Positions 18,163-27,149 of a DNA stretch of 64,000 bases are shown here, in pieces. Each line of letters opens with the position of its first letter. Position 1 is the stretch's first letter. The notes under the pieces are model-generated. The model was not told the DNA's origin and made no database searches. It saw only the letters and a program-made list of their open reading frames with translations. This DNA is from Gammaproteobacteria bacterium (lineage in GTDB: Bacteria > Pseudomonadota > Gammaproteobacteria > Eutrophobiales > Eutrophobiaceae). The position numbers were made by a program, and so were the translations under genes. The stretch is from NCBI GenBank assembly GCA_965243115.1, contig CBDEUD010000003.1, forward strand, positions 1,748,007 through 1,812,006, in the 5' to 3' direction.

Positions 18163-19575
18163 ATGGTTGACTATAAAACTCCGGATGTCTACACGCTAGA
18201 GAAATCCATTCTCCCCCCCGCAATCGCAACGGGCGCATCGGCCGTGCCTGCGTTCGTCGGTTATACAGAGAAAGCGCAGCATAACGACGGCAACAGCCTG
18301 GTCAATGTGCCGACCCGTATCAGCTCGCTGCGCGAGTTTGAAAGCCGCTTCGGCCTGGCGGAACAAACCAGGTTCAGCGTTGAAATTGATGCCGGGACGG
18401 AGGCCGTGGCAATCAAGACCAATCCCGGGTTGTCCTACCTGATGTATCACTCACTGCAGATTTACTTCGCCAACGGCGGCGGCGCCTGTTACATCGTCTC
18501 CGTCGGCGCCTACGGAACCGCCCGCCCGAGTTACGCAGCATTGAAGTCCGGCCTGGATCTGCTGGAAAAAGAAGATGAACCGACGTTGCTGCTGCCGTGC
18601 GATGCCGTCAACTCATCCTCTTATCATGATTATGTGGCCGACCTGCTCGCGCAGTGCAGCAGGATGCAGGACCGTTTCGCCGTTATCGATATGGACGGAC
18701 GGGACGCGGAGGTATTCAGGACGGCAATCGGTTCGGAATCCCTGGATTACGGTGCAGCCTATTATCCCTATCTGCATACGAACCTGCCGTACCGTTACGT
18801 TGATGGCGGCGCAAATGCCGTGCAGGTCACAATCCATGACAGTGCCGCACCGGCGCAGGCATCCCGGAACGGACAGGAACAGCAGGCCCGGGCGCCGGAA
18901 GCGTTCGACCTGGCTGCCCTGAATGACCCGGATAATACGAATTACAGTGTAGCCAGGTATCATGCCGTCACGGAATTGCTGGACAGGCAGAGGGTTACGC
19001 TTCCTCCCAGCGCGGCAATCGCCGGGGTGATCGCCAGGAGCGACAGTGAATACGGTGTCTGGAAGGCTCCGGCCAACCTCAGCCTGAATGCGGTAACCGC
19101 GCCTGTCGTAAAACTGGACAACGACCGCCAGGCTACCCTGAATGTCGATGCCACGGCAGGTAAATCGATCAACGCCATACGTTCCTTCAACGGCAAGGGC
19201 ACCCTGGTCTGGGGCGCCCGCACCCTGGCGGGAAACAGCAACGAATGGCGTTATGTCCCAGTCAGGCGGCTGTTTCTGCAGATGGAGACCGATATCAAGC
19301 GCGCTACGTCTTATGCCGTATTTGAACCGAATAACGCCACACTCTGGACCCGGCTGCGCACCCAGGTCGAGAGTTACCTGACGCAATTATGGCAGGACGG
19401 GGGTCTGGCAGGCGCCACGGCTGACGAGGCCTTCTTTGTCCGGGTAGGCCTGGGCGAAACCATGGATGAGCAGGATATCCTGGAAGGCCGCCTGAACATC
19501 ACGGTGGGCGCGGCGGCGGTACGGCCCGCGGAATTCGTCGTCTTCACTTTCACCCATACATTACAGGATGCGTAG
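18163..19575 (+). CDS. contractile tail sheath protein, paralog 1 (Afp2/3/4-like)
   Basis: Conserved sheath C-terminal region GTLVWGARTLAGNSNEWRYVPVRRLF...AEFVVFTF. Confidence 0.9.
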   Translation: MVDYKTPDVYTLEKSILPPAIATGASAVPAFVGYTEKAQHNDGNSLVNVPTRISSLREFESRFGLAEQTRFSVEIDAGTEAVAIKTNPGLSYLMYHSLQIYFANGGGACYIVSVGAYGTARPSYAALKSGLDLLEKEDEPTLLLPCDAVNSSSYHDYVADLLAQCSRMQDRFAVIDMDGRDAEVFRTAIGSESLDYGAAYYPYLHTNLPYRYVDGGANAVQVTIHDSAAPAQASRNGQEQQARAPEAFDLAALNDPDNTNYSVARYHAVTELLDRQRVTLPPSAAIAGVIARSDSEYGVWKAPANLSLNAVTAPVVKLDNDRQATLNVDATAGKSINAIRSFNGKGTLVWGARTLAGNSNEWRYVPVRRLFLQMETDIKRATSYAVFEPNNATLWTRLRTQVESYLTQLWQDGGLAGATADEAFFVRVGLGETMDEQDILEGRLNITVGAAAVRPAEFVVFTFTHTLQDA

Positions 19576-19627
19576 CTGCTCATAACGCCAACCCATCATT
19601 TCTATTGTTCAACCAGAGGACACCACT

Positions 19628-21013
19628 ATGACTTTTAAGACACCTGACGTATATATTCGGGAAAAATCCGTTTTTCCCCCCTCGGTCGTTACTGCCGATA
19701 CGGCCGTACCGGCTTTCATCGGCTATACCGGCAAGGCCATGGACGCTGATGGGAATGATTTGACCAACGTGCCGACACGGATTCGTTCCATGCATGAATA
19801 TGAAAGCCTGTTCGGCCTCGCGGAGATAACGGAATTCAATGTCGCTGCGGATGGCGACGGTAACTATTCGGTCGATGCTCCCGGACTGAACTACCTGATG
19901 TACCACAGCATGCAACTGTTCTACGCCAACGGCGGCGGCGCCTGTTATATCGTATCCGTCGGCAGCAACGGTGCTGCCACTGCTGCCGCAAACAAGTCGG
20001 CGGCAGCTATCCAGGCAGGTATGGATCAATTAAAAGCCGAGGACGGACCGACCCTGCTCGTACCCGTCGACGCGGTCGGACTGGTAGCAAACAACGCCGA
20101 TCCCGCAAAGGCGTATGCCGATTACAAATCGGTATGTGACCACGCCCTGGCGCATTGTGCCGCCATGCAGGACCGTTTCACGTTGTTTGATGTTTTTCAG
20201 AAGCCGGCAGGCAGCAAGATCAAGAAGACGGACGCTGCCAACTTCCGCACCGATGGCGTCGGTATCAACAACCTCAATTACGGCGCGGCATACTACCCTT
20301 ACCTGGATACCAACCTGCGTTACCGCTATTCGGACGGTTCCGTAACGGTCACCGGCGCAGGATTGAGCGGTACCCTGGATGCCCAGACCTCGGACCATTA
20401 CCATGCCATCAGCGCGCTGTTGTCCCGGCAGACCGTAACGTTGCCGCCCAGCGCAGGGATAGCCGGGGTAATTGCCGGCATCGATCATACCATCGGTTCC
20501 TGGAAGGCGCCGGCAAATGTCAGCCTGAATGCAGTCAGCGGTCCGGCAGTGAAAATCAGCAGTAACGAACAGGGCGCGCTGAATGTCGATGCGTCGGGAA
20601 AATCGATAAATGCGATCCGTACCTTCAACGGCAAAGGCACCCTGGTCTGGGGCGCCCGTACCCTGGCGGGGAACAGTAACGAATGGCGCTACATACCGGT
20701 CAGACGGCTGTTCCTGCAGATGGAGAGTGATATCAAACGCGCTACATCGTACGCCGTGTTTGAACCGAATACCGCAGTTACCTGGACCCGGTTACGGACC
20801 CAGGTACAGGGCTACCTTACCCAACTGTGGCGCGACGGAGGCCTGGCAGGCGCAACCGAGGACGAGGCCTTCTTTGTCCGTGTCGGCCTGGGCGAGACCA
20901 TGGACGATCAGGATATCCTCGAAGGCCGCCTGAATATAACGGTCGGCGCAGCCGCGGTGCGTCCCGCCGAATTCGTGGTCTTCACTTTTACCCACAAACT
21001 GCAGGAGTCGTAA
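19628..21013 (+). CDS. contractile tail sheath protein, paralog 2
   Basis: Very similar to paralog 1. Long identical C-terminal stretches indicate a recent duplication. Confidence 0.9.
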   Translation: MTFKTPDVYIREKSVFPPSVVTADTAVPAFIGYTGKAMDADGNDLTNVPTRIRSMHEYESLFGLAEITEFNVAADGDGNYSVDAPGLNYLMYHSMQLFYANGGGACYIVSVGSNGAATAAANKSAAAIQAGMDQLKAEDGPTLLVPVDAVGLVANNADPAKAYADYKSVCDHALAHCAAMQDRFTLFDVFQKPAGSKIKKTDAANFRTDGVGINNLNYGAAYYPYLDTNLRYRYSDGSVTVTGAGLSGTLDAQTSDHYHAISALLSRQTVTLPPSAGIAGVIAGIDHTIGSWKAPANVSLNAVSGPAVKISSNEQGALNVDASGKSINAIRTFNGKGTLVWGARTLAGNSNEWRYIPVRRLFLQMESDIKRATSYAVFEPNTAVTWTRLRTQVQGYLTQLWRDGGLAGATEDEAFFVRVGLGETMDDQDILEGRLNITVGAAAVRPAEFVVFTFTHKLQES

Positions 21014-21019
21014 ACATCC

Positions 21020-22645
21020 ATGTCTTTCAGTACTCCGGATAGCTACCTGGAAGAGCAGACTGTCCGGCCCCTGTCAATCAGTCCCGGGGCGACAGCGCTG
21101 GCAGTGTTCATCGGCTACACCCAGAAAGCGATTGATTCGAACGGCAATGATTTGACCGACGTGCTGACACCGATCGGTTCGCTGCTTGATTATGAAGCGT
21201 ATTTCGGCAGTGTCGAACCGGCCGGCCGGGATGTACAAATCGATGCGCACGGCAATGCCTCGAGTGTGGGCGCTGCGATAACCCGCCACTATTTATTTCA
21301 TAGTGTTGATCTGTACTTCAGGAACGGCGGCGGCAGCTGCTTTATCCTGTCGATAGGAAGATACTCGGACCCGGTGGCATGGAAGGATTTTGACAGGGGC
21401 CTGGGCATTCTGAAACAGGATGACCGGCCGACGCTGATGGTGCTGGCGGATGCCGTCAACCTGGGCGGCGCCGACTACTATATGCTCGCCAGGTCGGCGT
21501 TGGAGCAATGCAGCGAATTAAAGGACCGGTTTGCCATCCTGGACGTAAAGGATAACGATGTTGCAACTTTCAGGAACAGTATCGGCGGCGCCGGTCTCGG
21601 CTATGGCGCGGCCTATTATCCCTATCTCAATACTACGTCCTTCCATCCCTATGACGAGTCCCGGGTGCCGGTAAAACATGGGTACGGGTTGTTCGAAATA
21701 CAGAACTGCATCCGCATCAGCTATGACGGCAGACCCGGAGAGGGCGCGACGATCAGCATCGCCGAAGCGGCGCCGGACCAGGCGGACGTTCCCCGGGTGC
21801 GCGTGGCCGGTAACGGCATCTCCCTGGTTGTCGGCGCCGCAACGGGGTCGCCGCCCGCCGCGATCCTCGATGCGTGGAACAGCATCCCCGACCCGGGAAA
21901 GTTTGACATGACCGTTGCGGGCACCGGCCAGGTGTTACTGGCGCAACAGCAGGCAGAGTTCGCTTTCGATGAAGAGATCGCCCGGCTGGGTGACGGCAGG
22001 ATTAAAATCGATAATCCTTCGGTTTACGACAGTGTCGTCAGCGTACTGGAGCAGCAGAAAATTTCGCTTCCGCCCGGCGGCGCAGTCGCGGCGGCCTACT
22101 CGAAGACGGACCTCGTTTCGGGGCCCTGGAAAGCGCCGGCCAATATCGCCATCAACGACGTCACCGGCCCGGTGGCGGATATCAACAACACCGGCCAGGA
22201 ATACCTGAACAATTCGCCGGACGGCAAGTCCATCAACGCGCTGCGCAGTTTCGTTAACCAGGGAACCCTTATCTGGGGAGCGAGGACACTTGACGGTCAC
22301 AGCAACGAATGGCGCTATATTCCGGTCCGGCGCTTGTTCATAAAGGTGGAAAGCGATATCAGGAGGGCGACCGCGTTCTCCGTTTTTGAACCGAACAACG
22401 CGTTCACCTGGTTGAAAATCAGGACCATGCTCATCGGCTACCTGGATGAACTCTGGTCCGCCGGCGCGTTGAACGGCGCGAGCGCCGAGGAAGCCTATTT
22501 CATCAGGCTCGGCCTTGGTGAAACGATGGACGATGAGGATATCCGCGCAGGCCGCCTGCATATTTCCGTAGGAATTGCCGCGGCAAGACCGGCGGAATTC
22601 GTAGTCATGACCATCACCCATATCCTGCAGGGTCCTGACGGCTGA
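21020..22645 (+). CDS. contractile tail sheath protein, paralog 3 (larger, with insertion domain)
   Basis: Same conserved C-terminal sheath region (GTLIWGARTLDGHSNEWRYIPVRRLF). Confidence 0.9.
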   Translation: MSFSTPDSYLEEQTVRPLSISPGATALAVFIGYTQKAIDSNGNDLTDVLTPIGSLLDYEAYFGSVEPAGRDVQIDAHGNASSVGAAITRHYLFHSVDLYFRNGGGSCFILSIGRYSDPVAWKDFDRGLGILKQDDRPTLMVLADAVNLGGADYYMLARSALEQCSELKDRFAILDVKDNDVATFRNSIGGAGLGYGAAYYPYLNTTSFHPYDESRVPVKHGYGLFEIQNCIRISYDGRPGEGATISIAEAAPDQADVPRVRVAGNGISLVVGAATGSPPAAILDAWNSIPDPGKFDMTVAGTGQVLLAQQQAEFAFDEEIARLGDGRIKIDNPSVYDSVVSVLEQQKISLPPGGAVAAAYSKTDLVSGPWKAPANIAINDVTGPVADINNTGQEYLNNSPDGKSINALRSFVNQGTLIWGARTLDGHSNEWRYIPVRRLFIKVESDIRRATAFSVFEPNNAFTWLKIRTMLIGYLDELWSAGALNGASAEEAYFIRLGLGETMDDEDIRAGRLHISVGIAAARPAEFVVMTITHILQGPDG

Positions 22646-22805
22646 GGAGCAGGGCGAAACCATCCCGCGAAGCCTGATATTTCGCTGAACGCTGCCGGTA
22701 ACCTGCGGCGGCAAACGGGCATCCCGGCTTCTCATTTTTTTATCGGACGGGCGCTTCTTGCAAGGCGTCCTTGTTTTTTTACAGTTAAATCAAGAGGAAC
22801 AAACC

Positions 22806-23252
22806 ATGGCAACTACTGCACAAGCTATTATCAATGACTTTCCCGTACCAAGTTACCGATACACCGTTGACCTGGGCGGCGAACAGTATCGTTTCCAGGA
22901 CGTCAACATAGGCGACTACGGTGTACAAAACATTACCTACTATGACGGTTCGGGCATCATCCGTATGCCGGGCAGGCAGGTAGATGAAATTTCCGTCACC
23001 TTGAGCAGGGGCGTCGTCAGGCAGGCCAGCCAGTTGTACGACTGGCTCAAGAGCATCAATCTCAACGTCGTCGAGAAGAAAGACCTGACGATAAGCCTCA
23101 CCGATGACTCCGGAGAAAACCCCATCGTTACCTGGCGGGTATTCAACTGTTTTCCGACGACGATGACAGTCCCGGATTTCAGCGGTCAGGGCAATGACAT
23201 CAGCATCGAAACGATCAACATTATCGCCGACCAGGTAACGGTCGAATTCTGA
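22806..23252 (+). CDS. tail tube protein (Afp1/gp19-like)
   Basis: About 148 aa. PSYRYTVDLGG...QDV motif typical of T6SS Hcp / phage-tube-like inner tube proteins. RBS AAGAGGA upstream. Confidence 0.8.
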   Translation: MATTAQAIINDFPVPSYRYTVDLGGEQYRFQDVNIGDYGVQNITYYDGSGIIRMPGRQVDEISVTLSRGVVRQASQLYDWLKSINLNVVEKKDLTISLTDDSGENPIVTWRVFNCFPTTMTVPDFSGQGNDISIETINIIADQVTVEF

Positions 23253-23393
23253 TCGGGTTGATGTCACTGCATCATGCCGGGTGAGTAGCAGGAACCCGAA
23301 AGTCCTGCTACCCGCCCGCGCAACGTAACGCAACCAGGCATATCCCCGGTTTCGAATACGCGCAATTGCAACCCATACCAACAGGAGCAGACC

Positions 23394-23852
23394 ATGTTCG
23401 AGCCCAAACTCCACGTCGATTATCGATTCAGCGTGTTTTTCCTTATCGGCGGTGTGCTGCCCAACCCGCTGGACATGCGTTTTCAAAGCGTATCCGGCAT
23501 CAGCGCGGATATTTCAACATCTGATGTGAGAGAGGGTGGGCAGAATTTGTACACCCACCGGCTGCCGGACCGGGCCAACTACGGCAACCTGGTGTTGACC
23601 CGGGGCCTGGTGGTCGGTTCGCCGCTAAACATTGAATTCAATGTCGCGTTGACTTCGTTGACATTCGCTCCCTCCAACGTGGTGGTGACCCTGCTGGATG
23701 CCAATGGTTTTCCCACCCTGGGCGCCAGCTGGTTGTTCCTGAAGGCCTATCCTGTCAAATGGGCGACCTCCGACCTGAGCGGCGGCAACAATGATGTGGT
23801 CGTCGATACCATGGAACTGGCATACACCCGCTTTCAAAGCGTGAGGGTCTGA
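23394..23852 (+). CDS. tail tube protein, second paralog (Afp5-like)
   Basis: 152 aa with the same tube-family pattern (DYRFSVFF...RFQSV). Confidence 0.8.
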   Translation: MFEPKLHVDYRFSVFFLIGGVLPNPLDMRFQSVSGISADISTSDVREGGQNLYTHRLPDRANYGNLVLTRGLVVGSPLNIEFNVALTSLTFAPSNVVVTLLDANGFPTLGASWLFLKAYPVKWATSDLSGGNNDVVVDTMELAYTRFQSVRV

Positions 23853-23854
23853 TC

Positions 23855-24007
23855 ATGGCTGTAATCGTCAGGGAATTGATCATCAAGGCGGTCATAGACA
23901 ACAGGAACGATGAACTGATCCCTCCCGTCATAAAGAACGAAATTGTCCAGGAAGCCGTTGAACAGGTAATGAATATCGTCCAGACGAACGAAGACGATAT
24001 CAGGTAA
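23855..24007 (+). CDS. small Afp6-like protein (50 aa)
   Basis: Unlisted short ORF MAVIVRELIIKAVIDNRNDELIPPVIKNEIVQEAVEQVMNIVQTNEDDIR. Tightly packed between tube 2 and the LysM gene. Confidence 0.35.
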   Translation: MAVIVRELIIKAVIDNRNDELIPPVIKNEIVQEAVEQVMNIVQTNEDDIR

Positions 24008-24013
24008 ATCACT

Positions 24014-24778
24014 ATGGCATTAGCTAATCCCTTTAAACTCCAGAAGCTGTTGATCGAGGCATTTGACAACCAGGACCGGACCAAACTTGCGGGGCAGTTC
24101 GAAGCGATGTTCAACCCCGATTCGCTCTCGCAGAATTACCGGAACGTCAATTCCAGCCTGCAGGGACTGGTTACCAGCGGCCGCGCCAACAAGTATATCC
24201 TGTCCAGCCCTACGACGTTGGACCTGACCCTGATCCTGGATGATACCGGTGTCACCAGTTATGGTTTGACAAAACTTGCCGGGGCGGGTGTTTCCGCCCT
24301 GGGCCTGTCCACCGGGGCCGCTGCCCTGGATGATACGCTTGCCGATGCCGCCATGAGCCTGAACGACAGGCTCGCCGAGTTGTTGACCCTGGTCCAGGAG
24401 TACGATGGCGACTTGCACCAGTCCCACTTTCTGAAGGTGACCTGGGGCAGCCGGATAAACGGATTTGAGTGTTTCCTGGAGTCGCTGGATATTACCTACA
24501 CACTGTTTGCCCGCAACGGGGACCCGTTACGGGCAGAGGTGCACCTCAGCCTGATAGAGGACAAGTCGGCGAAAAAACGCAAGGCGGAAGAGGGCACCTC
24601 CTCACCGGACCTGACCCGGTTCCTGGTGGTAAAAAGCAGCGATACCCTGCCGCAACTGGCGCAGAACATATACGGCGATGCCGCGTATTACATTCAACTG
24701 GCGGCGCTGAACGGTTATGACAATTTCAGGAAATTGCGTGCAGGCAGCACCATCCAGATACCACCATTGAAAAATTAA
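24014..24778 (+). CDS. tube-initiator/baseplate-hub protein with C-terminal LysM (Afp7-like)
   Basis: Tube-like N-terminal region. The C-terminus DTLPQLAQNIYGDAAYYIQLAALNGYDNFRKLRAGSTIQIP is a LysM motif. Confidence 0.75.
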   Translation: MALANPFKLQKLLIEAFDNQDRTKLAGQFEAMFNPDSLSQNYRNVNSSLQGLVTSGRANKYILSSPTTLDLTLILDDTGVTSYGLTKLAGAGVSALGLSTGAAALDDTLADAAMSLNDRLAELLTLVQEYDGDLHQSHFLKVTWGSRINGFECFLESLDITYTLFARNGDPLRAEVHLSLIEDKSAKKRKAEEGTSSPDLTRFLVVKSSDTLPQLAQNIYGDAAYYIQLAALNGYDNFRKLRAGSTIQIPPLKN

Positions 24779-24783
24779 CCAGT

Positions 24784-26559
24784 ATGTCCGGACAATTTGT
24801 TATCACCATCCTGAGCAATGGCGAAGAGATGGACTTTCGCTACGAGGTCATGTCGGTCGTCACGGACAACCCGGCCAACAGGATCGCCTCGGCGCAGGTC
24901 ACCATACTGGATACCGGCAACCCGGCTACCAACCTCCGCTTTCTCGATATCAGCGATGCGGAGTTTTTCCGGCCGGGGAATGAGTTTGAGATCAAACTGG
25001 GTTACCTGGAGCAACCTCGCGGCAATGACGCACAGGTGTTTACGGGAATCCTGGTCAAGCACCGTATCAGGATCTCCAGTAAGGGAGCTTACCTGGTGCT
25101 CAGCCTCAAAGCACCGGCCATCGGCATGACGAGGGTGCGGCGCAACGTCGTGTTCCCGCAAGGCATGACCGATTCCCGGATCGTTGAAAAAATCATCAGT
25201 GAGTACGACAGGGTCGCGGCCGGTTCCATCGATGCAGGTGGTTATGCGCATAGCGGCGAAACCGTCCAGCATTATTGCATGGACTGGGATTTCATCCTGT
25301 CCAGGGCTGCGGCTAACGGGCGCTGGGTGCTCTGTGACGGCAACAGGATATCCGTCGTTGCGCCGACCGTGAAACCGGCAGCGGATCTCCTCATGGATTT
25401 TTCCATTGAGGATTGTTATTCGGCAGATATGGAAATCAGCATCCTGGACCAGGTTGCTTCGGTTACGGCCGGCGCCTGGGACCTGGCTGAACAGGCATTG
25501 CTGGAAACGCAACAAACCCAGGCAGGGCAGACGGATCAAGGTGATCTGTCCCCCGGCGACCTGGCCCGGGCCCTGGGTATCCCGGATGTCAGGCTGCAGT
25601 CACTGGTGGATGCCGATGCCGAAGAGGTTGAATCCTGGGCCGGCGCCAGGCTGTTGCAATGCCTGCTGTCTCTGTACCGGGGCACGCTGGCGCTTCCCGG
25701 TACGACGGCCCTGAAAACGGGAGACACCATCGAGTTTTCCGGTCTGAACGAGCGTTTTAACGGGAAAACGATCATTTCCGCAATCCGCCAGGAGGTCAGC
25801 GTGGAAGGAGGCTGGCAAACCCATGTCCAGTTCGGACTGTCGGCGGGCTGGATACAACACGCCCGCATGATGACGGACGCGGATGCGGCCGGCCTGGTGC
25901 CGGGCATCCACGGCCTCCAGGTCGGGATAGTCCAGAAATTCAGCAAGGACCAGGCGGGCAAGTACCGGATTCCGGTATTGATACCCGCGTTTTCACCGGC
26001 GCCCGGGACCGCTCAGGAGACGGATGGCATTGTCCTGGCCAGGCTCGGCAAGCTCGATGCGGGCGCCGGTCGCGGCGCCTTTTTTCATCCGGAATCCGGC
26101 GATGAGGTCATACTGGGATTCGTCAATAACGACCCCCGCCAGGCGGTCATCCTGGGGTCGCTGCACAGCCCGAAGAACAAGCCCCCGGACGACGTGCTCG
26201 ACGACCGCGCCGGGTACCGGTACAAGGGCTTCGTGATCGATGAAAATATCGGTCTGCGCTTCGACAAGTCCGGCGCCCCCGCGCTGATCGAGTTGACGGC
26301 ATCCGACGGCAACCGGATTTCGCTGACTGCCGATGATCAGGGCAGTCTGCTGGTTGAGGCCAAAAAAGACATCTTCATGAAACCTGCGGAGTCCCTGGAA
26401 GTGGCCACCAGAAAAACCAGACTTGATGCCACGGAGTCCCTGGAGGTGAGCACCAACAAGACCAGTCTCGACAGCACGGCCTCGCTGGGCGTGGATACCA
26501 AGGCGACGGACATGAAAAGCCGGACCGTTTCGGTAACCGGCAAGATGGATGTGAAGTAA
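24784..26559 (+). CDS. VgrG-like spike protein (gp27/gp5-like, Afp8-like)
   Basis: 591 aa. Hub and OB-fold-like regions. C-terminal beta-helix-like repeats (SLEVATRKTRLDATESLEVSTNKTSLDSTASL). Confidence 0.8.
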   Translation: MSGQFVITILSNGEEMDFRYEVMSVVTDNPANRIASAQVTILDTGNPATNLRFLDISDAEFFRPGNEFEIKLGYLEQPRGNDAQVFTGILVKHRIRISSKGAYLVLSLKAPAIGMTRVRRNVVFPQGMTDSRIVEKIISEYDRVAAGSIDAGGYAHSGETVQHYCMDWDFILSRAAANGRWVLCDGNRISVVAPTVKPAADLLMDFSIEDCYSADMEISILDQVASVTAGAWDLAEQALLETQQTQAGQTDQGDLSPGDLARALGIPDVRLQSLVDADAEEVESWAGARLLQCLLSLYRGTLALPGTTALKTGDTIEFSGLNERFNGKTIISAIRQEVSVEGGWQTHVQFGLSAGWIQHARMMTDADAAGLVPGIHGLQVGIVQKFSKDQAGKYRIPVLIPAFSPAPGTAQETDGIVLARLGKLDAGAGRGAFFHPESGDEVILGFVNNDPRQAVILGSLHSPKNKPPDDVLDDRAGYRYKGFVIDENIGLRFDKSGAPALIELTASDGNRISLTADDQGSLLVEAKKDIFMKPAESLEVATRKTRLDATESLEVSTNKTSLDSTASLGVDTKATDMKSRTVSVTGKMDVK

Positions 26560-26615
26560 CGGACAGCACCTGGTTATCGGTATTCTTCGTAGAAAAAAAC
26601 TCAAGGGCTATTTTT

Positions 26616-27035
26616 ATGACAACTGAGAATAAATTTTCGGGGAGCGGATGGCAGTTTCCGCCGGAGTTCTGCAAGGGTGAACATTGTGCGATGACGCTGA
26701 TGGCGTCAGGCCCTGAAAATATCACCCAGAGCCTGAAAGTGCTGCTTGGCACGGACCTGGGCGAACGCCTGATGCACCCGCAGTACGGATGCGGAATATC
26801 CCGGCTGCTGTTTGAACCGGTTGACCAAAGGACGATAACGAAAATCCAGAACAGTGTCTCGGATGCGATCCTGTTATTCGAGCCGAGGGTCAGGCTGGTC
26901 CGCGTCGATGTTTTTCAGGACCGCAGTGAGACAGGCCTGCTGAAGATCAATATTGATTACGTCATCAAGGTGACCAACAGCAGGTTCAACCTGGTTTATC
27001 CGTTCTACATCAATGAAGCTACCTACGTGGCCTGA
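26616..27035 (+). CDS. baseplate wedge protein (gp25/GPW-like, Afp9-like)
   Basis: 139 aa. LLGTDLGERLMHPQYGCGISRLLFEP...AIL.FEPRV matches gp25/GPW. Confidence 0.85.
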   Translation: MTTENKFSGSGWQFPPEFCKGEHCAMTLMASGPENITQSLKVLLGTDLGERLMHPQYGCGISRLLFEPVDQRTITKIQNSVSDAILLFEPRVRLVRVDVFQDRSETGLLKINIDYVIKVTNSRFNLVYPFYINEATYVA

Positions 27036-27149
27036 CTGCAACGCCACGGCCGGCCACAACCCGCAATCCTGGTGATCCGGATTCCGTTCCGGGTACCGGA
27101 TCGCCGCTTTACAAGCTGCTTTTGACAAATAACAGTATAAGGTAACGCA

